Source: a virus
Reading direction: 5' to 3' (one strand)
DNA length: 44,647 bases
IMG/VR virus record: IMGVR_UViG_3300011604_000001
Span: 1 to 44,647 of that record
Shown here: one piece after another, positions 6,955 through 15,128 of the stretch
Layout: every line of letters starts with the position of its first letter
Numbering within the stretch: position 1 is the stretch's first letter
Translations under genes and position numbers: made by a program
Notes under the pieces: generated by a model
What the model was told of the DNA's origin: nothing
The model's database searches: none
Seen by the model: the letters and a program-made list of their open reading frames with translations, nothing else

Positions 6955-7808
6955 TAGATTTCACCCCTTTCAATCTGAGCAATACGCGCTAGTTTTTCTT
7001 CGCGGCTTAGTTTTGGCGCATCATCAATCACTGGTGCTGAAGCAATATGGCTTGGGTGGATAATTTCAGACTGCGCTAAGGTCTGAAAGCGTGCTATGCG
7101 CTCGTTAACTGGTAACTTATTAACAAAGTTTGCTAAGGTGATAATTGCGGGTTTTTTGTATTGCTGAGAATTGACTAACTCAAAACGGATGGCATCACGG
7201 TTAAATGGCTCAAACGGATTGAGTAGTTTTTGCATGACTAAGTAGCTGATTGCTTCATCAATCATTTTCTCGGTGACTTCTTGAACCGGTTGTTGTGGAA
7301 TATCACCAACGATAAAGCCATCAGAATTTTGCGGCTGCGCTTTCTCCTTCTCGTTATATTCCTTATTATTTAAATCATTATTATTAGTGGCGGATTTTTG
7401 GTTTTCCTTTTTTTGGTTTACCGAATTATGGTTTTCCATTTTTCGGTCAACGGTTGAATTTACTGGGTTTAGCGGCAATTCATGGACTGTATATTCGTAA
7501 CCATTGAATAAATTTCCATCGCGTAACTGCACTTTAGTTACGTAGCCGCAATTCTCTAATTCTTCCATCGCACTTCTTACACTTGCTTTGCCATCTTTGG
7601 TGCGTTTGACCAAATCAGCCATGCAAATAGTCCAGTTATCGGGACGTGATAAAAGATAGCCCAATAACCCTTTGGCTTTCAGCGATAAACCATCATTCTC
7701 AAAAATGCGTCTATCAATCATCACAAACGGATTTTCTGCATTTTTAACTGTGCGTATGATTGATTTATCCATCTTGCTACCTTTTTTGTTTTGTGATACT
7801 TTAGTCAT
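6954..7808 (-). CDS. Replication initiator protein (winged-helix/HTH N-terminus, O-like role)
   Basis: The start at 7808 has a GGAG RBS. The N-terminal FVMIDRRIFENDGLSLKAKGLLGYLLSRPDNW is typical of phage replication HTH proteins. It is coupled to dnaB through TAATG and contains iterons. Confidence 0.6.
   Translation of the reverse strand: MTKVSQNKKGSKMDKSIIRTVKNAENPFVMIDRRIFENDGLSLKAKGLLGYLLSRPDNWTICMADLVKRTKDGKASVRSAMEELENCGYVTKVQLRDGNLFNGYEYTVHELPLNPVNSTVDRKMENHNSVNQKKENQKSATNNNDLNNKEYNEKEKAQPQNSDGFIVGDIPQQPVQEVTEKMIDEAISYLVMQKLLNPFEPFNRDAIRFELVNSQQYKKPAIITLANFVNKLPVNERIARFQTLAQSEIIHPSHIASAPVIDDAPKLSREEKLARIAQIERGEI
7400..7437. repeat. Putative origin iterons: GGTTTTCC / GGTTTACC / GGTTTTCC at exact 15-bp phasing, next to an AT-rich tract
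   Basis: Copies lie at 7400-7407, 7415-7422 and 7430-7437. The AT-rich tract at 7350-7386 is adjacent, and all of it is inside the initiator gene, as in lambda ori/O. Confidence 0.5.
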
Positions 7809-7866
7809 GTTTATTTCTCCATGTGACTTAAACATCGACCCATTCCTAGCCGAATGGGTTTTTGCT

Positions 7867-8334
7867 TTATGACGCCAGTGGTTTTGACCACATACACGCT
7901 TCACCCTGCCGCCAACCCAAATCTTTTAAAACCTGCTTAAGCAAAGATTGATTATTAATATCGCTAAATGTGTGAATACTGATTTTGCTTTTAGCTGGGT
8001 TTAGATGTTTTTGCGCTTTTTGATAGACTGACCGATAAGCCGCTGACTTTTGGCTAATATCAATCCGTGGCGGCATTGGTGGTGTTTTAATATCAACTTG
8101 CTTAATGCGTCTGACGTTAGATTCTTGACCGATTTTGACGCGCTCATAGCTGTAAATGGTTGCATCGACATAAACAGGCTCAACGGTGTAGCCTTGTTTC
8201 TTTAAGTCCTTTTTTGCAACAAACATATACTGCTGTATCTGTATGCGCTGTGATGAGTCGTAGTTGTCTAAGACAATCTCACCATCAGTTAGCAGCGTGT
8301 TAACAATTTCTTGTCTAGATACCTTTTTCATCAC
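7867..8334 (-). CDS. Hypothetical protein, 155 aa
   Basis: ORF in the early-right operon, overlapping its neighbour by 4 nt at the start. Confidence 0.6.
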   Translation of the reverse strand: MMKKVSRQEIVNTLLTDGEIVLDNYDSSQRIQIQQYMFVAKKDLKKQGYTVEPVYVDATIYSYERVKIGQESNVRRIKQVDIKTPPMPPRIDISQKSAAYRSVYQKAQKHLNPAKSKISIHTFSDINNQSLLKQVLKDLGWRQGEACMWSKPLAS

Positions 8335-8561
8335 TCACCACTCCACACCATCACGCCAAACCCCAACCGCGCTAATTCACGGTTAAACAAGTCATCTTCG
8401 GCTTGCAGTTCGCGATCTCTTTTAGCCTGTTCTGCTTCATAGTTTTTGTCTGCTTCGGGGCAGCAATGCTCACTTGTGTTGTTGCAAAAATTGCAGATTG
8501 GGCTGACAGGCTTTGCTTTTGGTAATGAGTGATAGTTGTATGCTTGAGATAGTTTGTTCAT
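8331..8561 (-). CDS. Hypothetical Cys-rich small protein, 76 aa
   Basis: ORF with CNFCNN...CC cluster. Confidence 0.55.
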   Translation of the reverse strand: MNKLSQAYNYHSLPKAKPVSPICNFCNNTSEHCCPEADKNYEAEQAKRDRELQAEDDLFNRELARLGFGVMVWSGE

Positions 8562-8608
8562 GGCTTAATGTCCTTATTGGGCTTGCCAAGAGACAAGCCG
8601 TTTAACTG

Positions 8609-9568
8609 TTAATGAATAAAGCCTTCTGATACAAAGACCTGTTTTAAAATATCTTCGTGATAGGTTTTGACAGTTCCGTAACGAGTATCAGATGTTTGAC
8701 CAATCAACATTCCTTTTTCATTTGATAGATGCTTTGCTTTGCGTGAAAGGCTTGCAGCAACTTCATTGGGTAGCTTGATGTTGTGCATTCTTGCAAACCC
8801 CATGACTGCGAAGTGACTATTGTTTTGAATAATTGCTGATTGTGTGGCTTCGACTTTTGCCAATCCTGTTTTGACGTTTTCAACTTCTAAGGCTAGTTGT
8901 TTTTGTAGGCGTTCATTTTCGACCATGCGACCAGTCATAGCGTGCAGCAGTTCGATTTCACTCATTTGCTGAGGTTGGCTGTTTTCAAGTTCCTGCCAAC
9001 GTACAATGATTTTGTAACGCAACTTTGCGTTATAACCTGATACCAAAGTTAGGCTTAATGTTTTACCTAAGCGATACTCGGTTTGCTCACGGTTATAACT
9101 ATCCAAATAGATGTATTCAAATTTGGTGACATCTACACCTAGTTGCATACACATAACTTCAATGTCGCGCTTGACATTAAAATGCTCTTTGCTGCATAAC
9201 TCAGCAATCTCACGGCTTGACATTGTTTGCTCGGTGGATTGATTGACCGTTTCAAGCGTGTTATAATCGCCTTGTGAATTTGTTGTCACTGGTATTGAAT
9301 CTTGTGATAATTGAGCCTGTGTAGTTACCGCTACATGGGCTTTTTCATTTTCTAGGCTTGGCAAATCCTCAACGCGTTCAATACCCATCAAATCGTATTT
9401 ATTGAATTTACCGCCTGTTAGCTGTTCAGCTTTCAAAGCGTATTCAAATTCCATCTTATTTCTATCATTACACCAGTGGCTAACAGCCGCTTGCTTAACA
9501 CCTAACGCCTGTGCTGTTTTGGTCTGATTACCAAAATGCTTTACTAAATCTCTGTGAATTTGTGTCAT
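8609..9568 (-). CDS. Composite regulator: Cro/YdaS-like HTH + Rha-like domain + antirepressor (KilA-C/ANT-like) C-terminus
   Basis: N-terminal TKTAQALGVKQAAVSHWCN (HTH). The middle SSREIAELCSKEHFNVKRDI...YNREQTEYRLGKTLSLTLVSGY is Rha-like. The C-terminal FAVMGFARMHNIKLP...YGTVKTYHEDILKQVF is ANT-like. AAGGAG RBS. Confidence 0.55.
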   Translation of the reverse strand: MTQIHRDLVKHFGNQTKTAQALGVKQAAVSHWCNDRNKMEFEYALKAEQLTGGKFNKYDLMGIERVEDLPSLENEKAHVAVTTQAQLSQDSIPVTTNSQGDYNTLETVNQSTEQTMSSREIAELCSKEHFNVKRDIEVMCMQLGVDVTKFEYIYLDSYNREQTEYRLGKTLSLTLVSGYNAKLRYKIIVRWQELENSQPQQMSEIELLHAMTGRMVENERLQKQLALEVENVKTGLAKVEATQSAIIQNNSHFAVMGFARMHNIKLPNEVAASLSRKAKHLSNEKGMLIGQTSDTRYGTVKTYHEDILKQVFVSEGFIH

Positions 9569-9600
9569 GTTTGCTCCTTATATTTGCTAGTAGGGTTTTT

Positions 9601-9783
9601 TTATGCTTCATCTTTTGAAAGTTTTTCAAAAGCTTTTTTGATTTTCTCAGCGATATGCCAAGTTGGATTTTGACCTTTTGCGTAACGAGAAATTGTTGAC
9701 TGGTCAACTCCCACTTCCTCTGCAATTTGGTCTTGGGTGATTTTCTTATCGAGTAACGATAAAATCATTTGTTGTGGACTCAT
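9601..9783 (-). CDS. cro: Cro-like HTH repressor, 60 aa
   Basis: ITQDQIAEEVGVDQSTISRYAKG is an HTH. The start at 9783 has an AGAGG RBS. The gene is divergent from the CI-like gene. The longer called ORF would cover the operator/promoter DNA. Confidence 0.7.
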   Translation of the reverse strand: MSPQQMILSLLDKKITQDQIAEEVGVDQSTISRYAKGQNPTWHIAEKIKKAFEKLSKDEA

Positions 9784-9805
9784 AGATACCTCTTTTAATG
9801 TAACA

Positions 9806-9893
9806 TTGCTTATTATAATGCAAAGTTGCATTAATACAAGTATTTTTTTTGCATAGGTATTTATTTGTTATGCAAATACGCATAAAATATAAT
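9806..9893. promoter_or_regulatory. Divergent PR/PRM-like control region with TTGCAT/ATGCAA operator half-sites
   Basis: Minus strand: TTGTAT-16-TATAAT (9839-9812). Plus strand: TTGTTA-17-TATAAT (9865-9893). The palindrome TTGCTTATTATAATGCAA (9806-9823) overlaps the PR -10. Further half-sites lie at 9826-9831, 9849-9854 and 9870-9875. Confidence 0.65.
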
Positions 9894-9920
9894 AAAACCT
9901 AACAATAAAAGGTACTTACC

Positions 9921-10595
9921 ATGAGTATGCTTATCAAAAACCTAGAATATTTGATGTATAAGAAACGCATTAGTGCCAATCAGTTACAGGAACTAACAGG
10001 CGTGGCGCAATCCACAACGACAAGAATATTAAACGGCGATACTGTCAATCCTAGAGATGACGTATTACAAAAATACGCTGATTACTTCGGCTACACTGTA
10101 GCCCAGCTCCGCTATGATGATATTGAAAATGGCGTAAAGGTTTCAGATGTTGTGGGTGTTGATAATGTGGTTGTGGGTAAGATTGAAACGGATATACAAA
10201 TTCCTATCTATGCTGCCTACTTTTGCTGCGGTGAAGGTAATGACGCAGATTTCGAGGAGCTGAAGGGATATCGCGGTTTTTCGTCAGACTTTTTTAAAAC
10301 ACGCAATATAAAGCCCGATAACTTTGTTTTAGTATGCGCTGCAAACGATAGTATGAGTCCGCACATCGAACATAAAGATGAGGTGGGCATTGATATCTCA
10401 GACAAAGAGATAAAAGATGGTGAGGTATATGCGATTTTGTTAGACGGTGCGAAAATGTTTAAGCAGGTGTTTGTTGAAGCAGGTGGCAATCTGCGTTTAC
10501 ATAGCTTTAACCCAAACTACCCCGACAAGCTAATCACCCCCGAAAATCACAACAGCCTTATAGTTGTAGGTCGCAAAGTTTACCGCGCTGGATAA
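9921..10595 (+). CDS. cI: CI-like prophage repressor (N-terminal HTH + LexA/S24 autopeptidase domain)
   Basis: ISANQLQELTGVAQSTTTRILNG is an HTH. The S24 serine motif NDSMSP and a downstream GAKMFKQV lysine are present. The gene is divergent from cro. Confidence 0.85.
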   Translation: MSMLIKNLEYLMYKKRISANQLQELTGVAQSTTTRILNGDTVNPRDDVLQKYADYFGYTVAQLRYDDIENGVKVSDVVGVDNVVVGKIETDIQIPIYAAYFCCGEGNDADFEELKGYRGFSSDFFKTRNIKPDNFVLVCAANDSMSPHIEHKDEVGIDISDKEIKDGEVYAILLDGAKMFKQVFVEAGGNLRLHSFNPNYPDKLITPENHNSLIVVGRKVYRAG

Positions 10596-10612
10596 GCCTA
10601 GCAATTAATTAA

Positions 10613-10636
10613 GCCACCCTAGCGGTGGTTTTTTTT
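10613..10636 (+). terminator. Intrinsic terminator after the repressor gene
   Basis: ccacc ctagc ggtgg followed by T8. Confidence 0.75.
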
Positions 10637-10654
10637 CGCCCCAATAAAGCAACT

Positions 10655-10727
10655 TTGCATTATTTATGGATATTTGCATAATTTAATGCAAAAAGTGCTT
10701 GCATTGGTTAATGCAATATTGCATAAT
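10655..10727 (+). promoter_or_regulatory. PL-like promoter and operator cluster
   Basis: Perfect 18-bp palindromes TTGCATAATTTAATGCAA (10674-10691) and TTGCATTGGTTAATGCAA (10699-10716). The promoter is TTGCAT (10699-10704) -17- CATAAT (10722-10727). Additional half-sites lie at 10655 and 10719. Confidence 0.65.
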
Positions 10728-10882
10728 ATGCACATACCAAGCAATAACGCAAAGTGACGAACTAGCGAAATTCAATTCCGACTTAGACAATCCTAGCTAG
10801 TTACTAGGAAAAAAGATACACACTTAATGGCAGTTTTAACTAGCTGTCATTGCGAGTTTATCTCAAATCCAAGACAACAAAA

Positions 10883-10916
10883 AACCCTGCCGACTCTCAC
10901 ATCAAACAGGGTTTTC
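10883..10916 (+). terminator. Terminator-like hairpin within the ~200-nt leader of the early-left operon
   Basis: aaccctg ...17-nt loop... cagggtt followed by TTTC, located 18 nt before the RBS of the first gene. Confidence 0.4.
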
Positions 10917-10933
10917 ACTCAAAAGGAGTTTAT

Positions 10934-11947
10934 ATGAGCGAATTAATGTTACCACAAGTTATCAATACCGAGCAATTACCTGCGCTATTCGGTGTTCGTG
11001 AAAACGGCAAATCAGGCATTGAAAGTATTGTTGAAACCATCGAAACAGAAGCCAAAGCGATTGTTTTTGACATCAACACAAAACAAGGTCAATCCACTTG
11101 TCGTTCACTGGCTGCCAAAGTTGCATCAGCAAAAGCTACCCTGGATAAAGCAGGCAAGGCAAAAAAGGATGAATACACGGTTTACACCAAGCTTATCGAC
11201 CAAGACCGCAACTTTGCCAAAGAGCGTTTGCAAAAATTGCAAGATGAAATCCGCGCACCTTTAACTGAAATCGAAGAACGCGAAAAGCAGCGCATTGCTA
11301 CACATGAAGCCAACCTTGCAGCAATCGCAGTTGATACAACTGGATTTGATAGCCAAGCCCTAGACAACGCTATTAAAAAACTTGAATCAATGGCGATTGG
11401 TAATGAATGGGAAGAATTTAAGTTAAAAGCCTTAGAAGCTAAAGATACTGAACTTAACCGTATTCGCCCATTATTTGAGCAAGCCAAAAAGCAAGAAGCT
11501 GAACAAGCTGAACTTGCAAGACTACGCGCTGAACAAGCTGAACGCGAACAAAAAGAACGCGAAGCCCGTATTGCTAAAGAAGCTGAAGAACGCGCTAAAG
11601 CTGAAGCTGAAGCAAAAGCAAAACGCCTAGCTGAAGAAACCGCCCGCAAAGAACGTGAAGCGGCTGAACGTGAAGCGCGATTGATTGCAGAAAAAGAAGC
11701 GGCAGAGTTACGCGCCAAACAACAAGCGGAAGATGCTGCCAAGCGTGAGCGTGACCGCATTGAAGCTGAACGCCAAGCGGAAGAAGCTGAACGTATCAAG
11801 CGTGAAAATGATAAAAAGCATCGTGATACGGTATTTATCAATGCAAAAGATGACTTGATTGCAAACGGCATTGATGAAGAAGTGGCTAAAGCTGTTATCA
11901 AACTCATTCACGCAGGAAAGATTCGTAACGTCTTAATCAATTTTTAA
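10934..11947 (+). CDS. DUF1351-like protein with a long E/A/K/R coiled coil (recombination-module accessory)
   Basis: The start at 10934 has an AAAGGAG RBS. The protein has an N-terminal globular part plus charged repeats (AEQAEREQKEREARIAKEAEERAKAEAEAKAK). It lies upstream of the Sak4-like ATPase, as DUF1351 genes do. Confidence 0.45.
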   Translation: MSELMLPQVINTEQLPALFGVRENGKSGIESIVETIETEAKAIVFDINTKQGQSTCRSLAAKVASAKATLDKAGKAKKDEYTVYTKLIDQDRNFAKERLQKLQDEIRAPLTEIEEREKQRIATHEANLAAIAVDTTGFDSQALDNAIKKLESMAIGNEWEEFKLKALEAKDTELNRIRPLFEQAKKQEAEQAELARLRAEQAEREQKEREARIAKEAEERAKAEAEAKAKRLAEETARKEREAAEREARLIAEKEAAELRAKQQAEDAAKRERDRIEAERQAEEAERIKRENDKKHRDTVFINAKDDLIANGIDEEVAKAVIKLIHAGKIRNVLINF

Positions 11948-12012
11948 CCAACAAAAAGCCCTTCTCGACTGGACATCTGAAAGGGCTTTACTCAACAAGG
12001 AGTAAAAACAGT

Positions 12013-12369
12013 ATGACAGATTATCAACTAATTATGCAAGTCATTAAGACTGAAAGCATTAACGACATCGAAAAAGATACGCTCGATTATGTGAGCGGTG
12101 ATGACGATACAGGTCATCACATCATTGTAGATTTTGACATGAGCAAAGGCGAATCAAAACGCGGTGAGTTGTTGCTACATAGCTTTTTTATTTACGGCAT
12201 CACAATCAACGGTCAAAAGGCTGAATTAAGCAAAGCCGAAGCAGAGAGCATCACGGATTACATCGAAAGCCAATTATGCGATTACTACAGCATGACGTTG
12301 GCAAGCGATTATGAAGTTTATACCGATGCATACAGCTACTACGGCATCAACCAATTTGATTTTGCTTAG
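12013..12369 (+). CDS. Hypothetical acidic protein, 118 aa
   Basis: ORF with AAGGAG RBS, rich in D/E/Y. Confidence 0.65.
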   Translation: MTDYQLIMQVIKTESINDIEKDTLDYVSGDDDTGHHIIVDFDMSKGESKRGELLLHSFFIYGITINGQKAELSKAEAESITDYIESQLCDYYSMTLASDYEVYTDAYSYYGINQFDFA

Positions 12370-12379
12370 GGGGTAAGCA

Positions 12380-12619
12380 ATGGAAACTATCGAATTTAAA
12401 AACGCGCATTTCGGCATGAACTTAGAAGTGGTAGCAGATACAAGCTACCACACAGGCGAATACAGCGAGTATGAAGTGCTAAACACGGCTTATTTGAAGA
12501 TTGGCAGCCAGCTAGTAGAGATTACTGACAGCGATATGTTAGCAGAGATTATCTCACTCAAAGGCTACTTTGAAAATGTTGAGCAAATCGCAGAGTTTGA
12601 AAAGGATGTTTACGCATGA
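12380..12619 (+). CDS. Hypothetical acidic protein, 79 aa
   Basis: ORF with GGGGG RBS, rich in E/D. Confidence 0.6.
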   Translation: METIEFKNAHFGMNLEVVADTSYHTGEYSEYEVLNTAYLKIGSQLVEITDSDMLAEIISLKGYFENVEQIAEFEKDVYA

Positions 12620-12774
12620 AACGGATTATTAAAGATGCTTTAGTCATGTTTATGCTAACAATCCTATTTTATGGCGTCATATCGCTGGGCTTTAAGCTTG
12701 GCGATTATGGCTATGACCCAGTTATCAGCCCAACCGATAAGCTGGCTATGGAAATCAAAGGCGGTGGGAAGTGA
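12616..12774 (+). CDS. Possible small membrane protein, 52 aa (below the ORF-track cutoff)
   Basis: ATGA overlap with the preceding stop. It translates to MKRIIKDALVMFMLTILFYGVISLGFKLGDYG..., with one transmembrane segment. Confidence 0.45.
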   Translation: MKRIIKDALVMFMLTILFYGVISLGFKLGDYGYDPVISPTDKLAMEIKGGGK

Positions 12775-12779
12775 GCAGA

Positions 12780-12947
12780 ATGAGTGAATTAGCAATCGAA
12801 GTGCAAAATCAAGAGTTAGCGTATTTTGACTTTGATTGCGAATATCAGCAGCAGCTTGAACAAGAGCAAGTCGAATTGATGAATAAATACGGCTTGGATA
12901 AGTTTAACGAATTATTCAACCAAGAAGGAAATCAACCATGCCATTAA
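12780..12947 (+). CDS. Possible small acidic protein, 55 aa (below the ORF-track cutoff)
   Basis: MSELAIEVQNQELAYFDFDCEYQQQLEQEQVELMNKYGLDKFNELFNQEGNQPCH. It fills an otherwise empty gap and overlaps the next start. Confidence 0.4.
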   Translation: MSELAIEVQNQELAYFDFDCEYQQQLEQEQVELMNKYGLDKFNELFNQEGNQPCH

Positions 12948-13861
12948 ATATCGTAACAGCGACACAACCATTGACCATCGACCACTTGATTGTATTTATC
13001 TACGGCGACCCTGGCGTGTGGAAAACATCATTAGCCTTTACCGCTAAAAATCCCATCTTGTTTGACTTTGATAAAGGCGCGTATCGCGCAGCCAACCGTA
13101 AAGATACAGTGCAAATCACTAAATGGTCAGAAGTTGCCACTATCAATGCAAATGACCTGGAAGGCTACGACACCATCATCATTGATACGGCAGGGCGCGT
13201 CCTGGATATGATTAGCGACCAACTAAAAACAGACGCTAAAAATATCAGACGCGGCAGCAATGAGTTGTCAATGCAAGGGTACGGCAAACTAGGCTCAATG
13301 TTCACCAACTGGCTTAAATCGCTACGTAACATGGGCAAAGATATCGTTATCTTAGCTCACGCGGCAGAAGATAAAGACGGTGACAATATCATCAAACGCC
13401 CCGACATGGTAGGCGGCAGCAAAAAAGAAGTTTACAAAGTTGCTGACATGATGGGTTATATGACTGTCGTACAAGGTATGCAAGGCGCAGAGCGTGTCTT
13501 AGCGTTTGCACCATCGCCCAATTACCTAGCCAAAGATAGCGGTCAAGTTGGCAATATCACGGTAACTGACATGGTAAACAATCCAAACCAGTTAGCCAAC
13601 ATCATCCAGGCGACCAAAGACCATATCAATAGTCTATCGGCTGAACAGGTTAAGTATCAGCAAGACCTTGACGAAGTACGCGCTAAATTAATGGAAATTG
13701 AAACAGTTGACGCGCTTAACGATATCAAAGATAGCATTGACGAGAACCACCCATTTGTTAAGCAGATGAAGGCTGATGTTTGGCAAACAGGACAGCGATT
13801 AGGTTTTACCTACAATCGAGATGGTAACAAATTTGAATCAGCCGAGGTAGAAAGTGCGTAA
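12938..13861 (+). CDS. Sak4-like / AAA_24-type RecA-fold ATPase (recombination)
   Basis: Walker A-like IYGDPGVWKTS and Walker B IIIDTAG. It lies next to the nuclease and SSB genes. Confidence 0.6.
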   Translation: MPLNIVTATQPLTIDHLIVFIYGDPGVWKTSLAFTAKNPILFDFDKGAYRAANRKDTVQITKWSEVATINANDLEGYDTIIIDTAGRVLDMISDQLKTDAKNIRRGSNELSMQGYGKLGSMFTNWLKSLRNMGKDIVILAHAAEDKDGDNIIKRPDMVGGSKKEVYKVADMMGYMTVVQGMQGAERVLAFAPSPNYLAKDSGQVGNITVTDMVNNPNQLANIIQATKDHINSLSAEQVKYQQDLDEVRAKLMEIETVDALNDIKDSIDENHPFVKQMKADVWQTGQRLGFTYNRDGNKFESAEVESA

Positions 13862-14552
13862 TCGTATCTCAGTCACTCACTTAGACTCATATCAGTATTA
13901 CCTTGATACTGATATGAGCGAGCAGGAACTCTATGAGCGTCTATATGGTGCTTATAGCCCTACCCCAGCCATGCAAGCAGGAACGGCACTACATAAGCTA
14001 CTAGAGGATTGTAGCGACACACTAGATAGCAAATGTGGTGATTTTGAGTTTGTTTTTGATAGTGCTATTGATGGTGAAATTATCACAGGTGAGCCATGCG
14101 AGCGTGAAGTTAAGCACGTTTGGCAAGGCGTTCAAGGTGTTGACCTTGTGGGTATTATTGATGTGGATGCGCCATTTATGGTTATCGACCACAAGCTAAC
14201 TGCAAGCTATGACCCAGAGCGTTACTTTAACTCTTGGCAATGGCGAGCTTATTTAACCATGTTGGGCAAGGATAAATTTCGCTATCAAGTGTTTGAGTGC
14301 AGCGATATCAAACCAGGTGAACCTATCACTATCAAAGATTATCACACACTTGATATGCACGCCTACGAAGGTATGCAAAATGAAGTTATCGGACTGGTAA
14401 GCGAGTTATCAGAACTAATCAATAAATGGCTTGTTCAAGGCTTGCCATGCAAAAAAGGCATTGATTTTAAAAAATTGGCAAATGATTGGGATAAGGATTT
14501 AAAAGGATTCTTTAACCTATCAGAAGATGAATTTAACTGGCGAAATAAATAG
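13854..14552 (+). CDS. PD-(D/E)XK-family nuclease (Cas4/RecB-like exonuclease)
   Basis: GIIDVDAPFMVIDHKL matches D...D-x-K. The N-terminal SVTHLDSYQYY is typical of this family. Recombination-module context. Confidence 0.5.
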   Translation: MRNRISVTHLDSYQYYLDTDMSEQELYERLYGAYSPTPAMQAGTALHKLLEDCSDTLDSKCGDFEFVFDSAIDGEIITGEPCEREVKHVWQGVQGVDLVGIIDVDAPFMVIDHKLTASYDPERYFNSWQWRAYLTMLGKDKFRYQVFECSDIKPGEPITIKDYHTLDMHAYEGMQNEVIGLVSELSELINKWLVQGLPCKKGIDFKKLANDWDKDLKGFFNLSEDEFNWRNK

Positions 14553-14562
14553 GAGTTAAACA

Positions 14563-15075
14563 ATGATTACAGTAACAATCGCAGGGCGTTTAGGTAAAGA
14601 TGCTGAACTACGCCAAACTAACAACACCCAGGTTTGCGGATTTAGTGTCGCTGCTGATACTGGTTTTGGTGACCACAAGCAAAGCCACTGGTTTAACTGC
14701 TCACTATGGGGTAATCAAGGTGCAGCATTGGCGCAGTATTTAACCAAAGGCTCACAGGTGACAATCACAGGCGAATACTCTGAGCGTGAGTATAACGGCA
14801 CTCAATACAAAGAATTGCGCGTAAACCAAATTGAGTTACAAGGTAGCAAGCAAGCACAGCAACAAAGCAACGGATTTAACCAACCACAGGTTAACAACTA
14901 TCAGCAACCTAATGTTATGCAGTCGCCTGTTGCACAAGCTGCACAAAATGACATACCGCAGCAGTTTATGACCAACAACAATCAACCACAACAACCACAA
15001 CAAGGCTACGCTCACAACCCTGCACCATTACCAATTCCAAAAGCAGGCGTTATTGACCAAGACATACCTTTTTAG
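14563..15075 (+). CDS. ssb: Single-stranded DNA-binding protein
   Basis: OB-fold N-terminus (ITVTIAGRLGKDAELRQT...HWFNCSLWG), a Q/P/N-rich linker, and the acidic tail DQDIPF. Confidence 0.9.
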   Translation: MITVTIAGRLGKDAELRQTNNTQVCGFSVAADTGFGDHKQSHWFNCSLWGNQGAALAQYLTKGSQVTITGEYSEREYNGTQYKELRVNQIELQGSKQAQQQSNGFNQPQVNNYQQPNVMQSPVAQAAQNDIPQQFMTNNNQPQQPQQGYAHNPAPLPIPKAGVIDQDIPF

Positions 15076-15128
15076 CCAATAACAACAATAACAAAGGCGG
15101 CTTGCTTGCAGGTCGCTAAGGATATGAG

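Noticed and set aside
9528-9831. ORF 9528-9725 (65 aa) and the long form of ORF 9601-9831 (76 aa)
   Set aside because: 9528-9725 is an out-of-frame overlap of the cro-like gene with no RBS. The 76-aa form would start inside the PR promoter/operator. The internal ATG at 9783 has an AGAGG RBS and gives a standard 60-aa Cro-like HTH protein.
10850-10933. N-terminal extension of the DUF1351-like ORF (alternative start at 10850)
   Set aside because: The extension runs through the leader hairpins and terminator and has no RBS. The ATG at 10934 is preceded by AAAGGAG.
11182-11907. 241-aa minus-strand ORF (plus 11708-11911) antisense to the DUF1351-like gene
   Set aside because: It is the mirror image of the GAA/GCT/AAA-rich coiled-coil coding repeats, giving a Ser/Ala/Arg-rich translation. 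It has no start context and sits inside a plus-strand operon.
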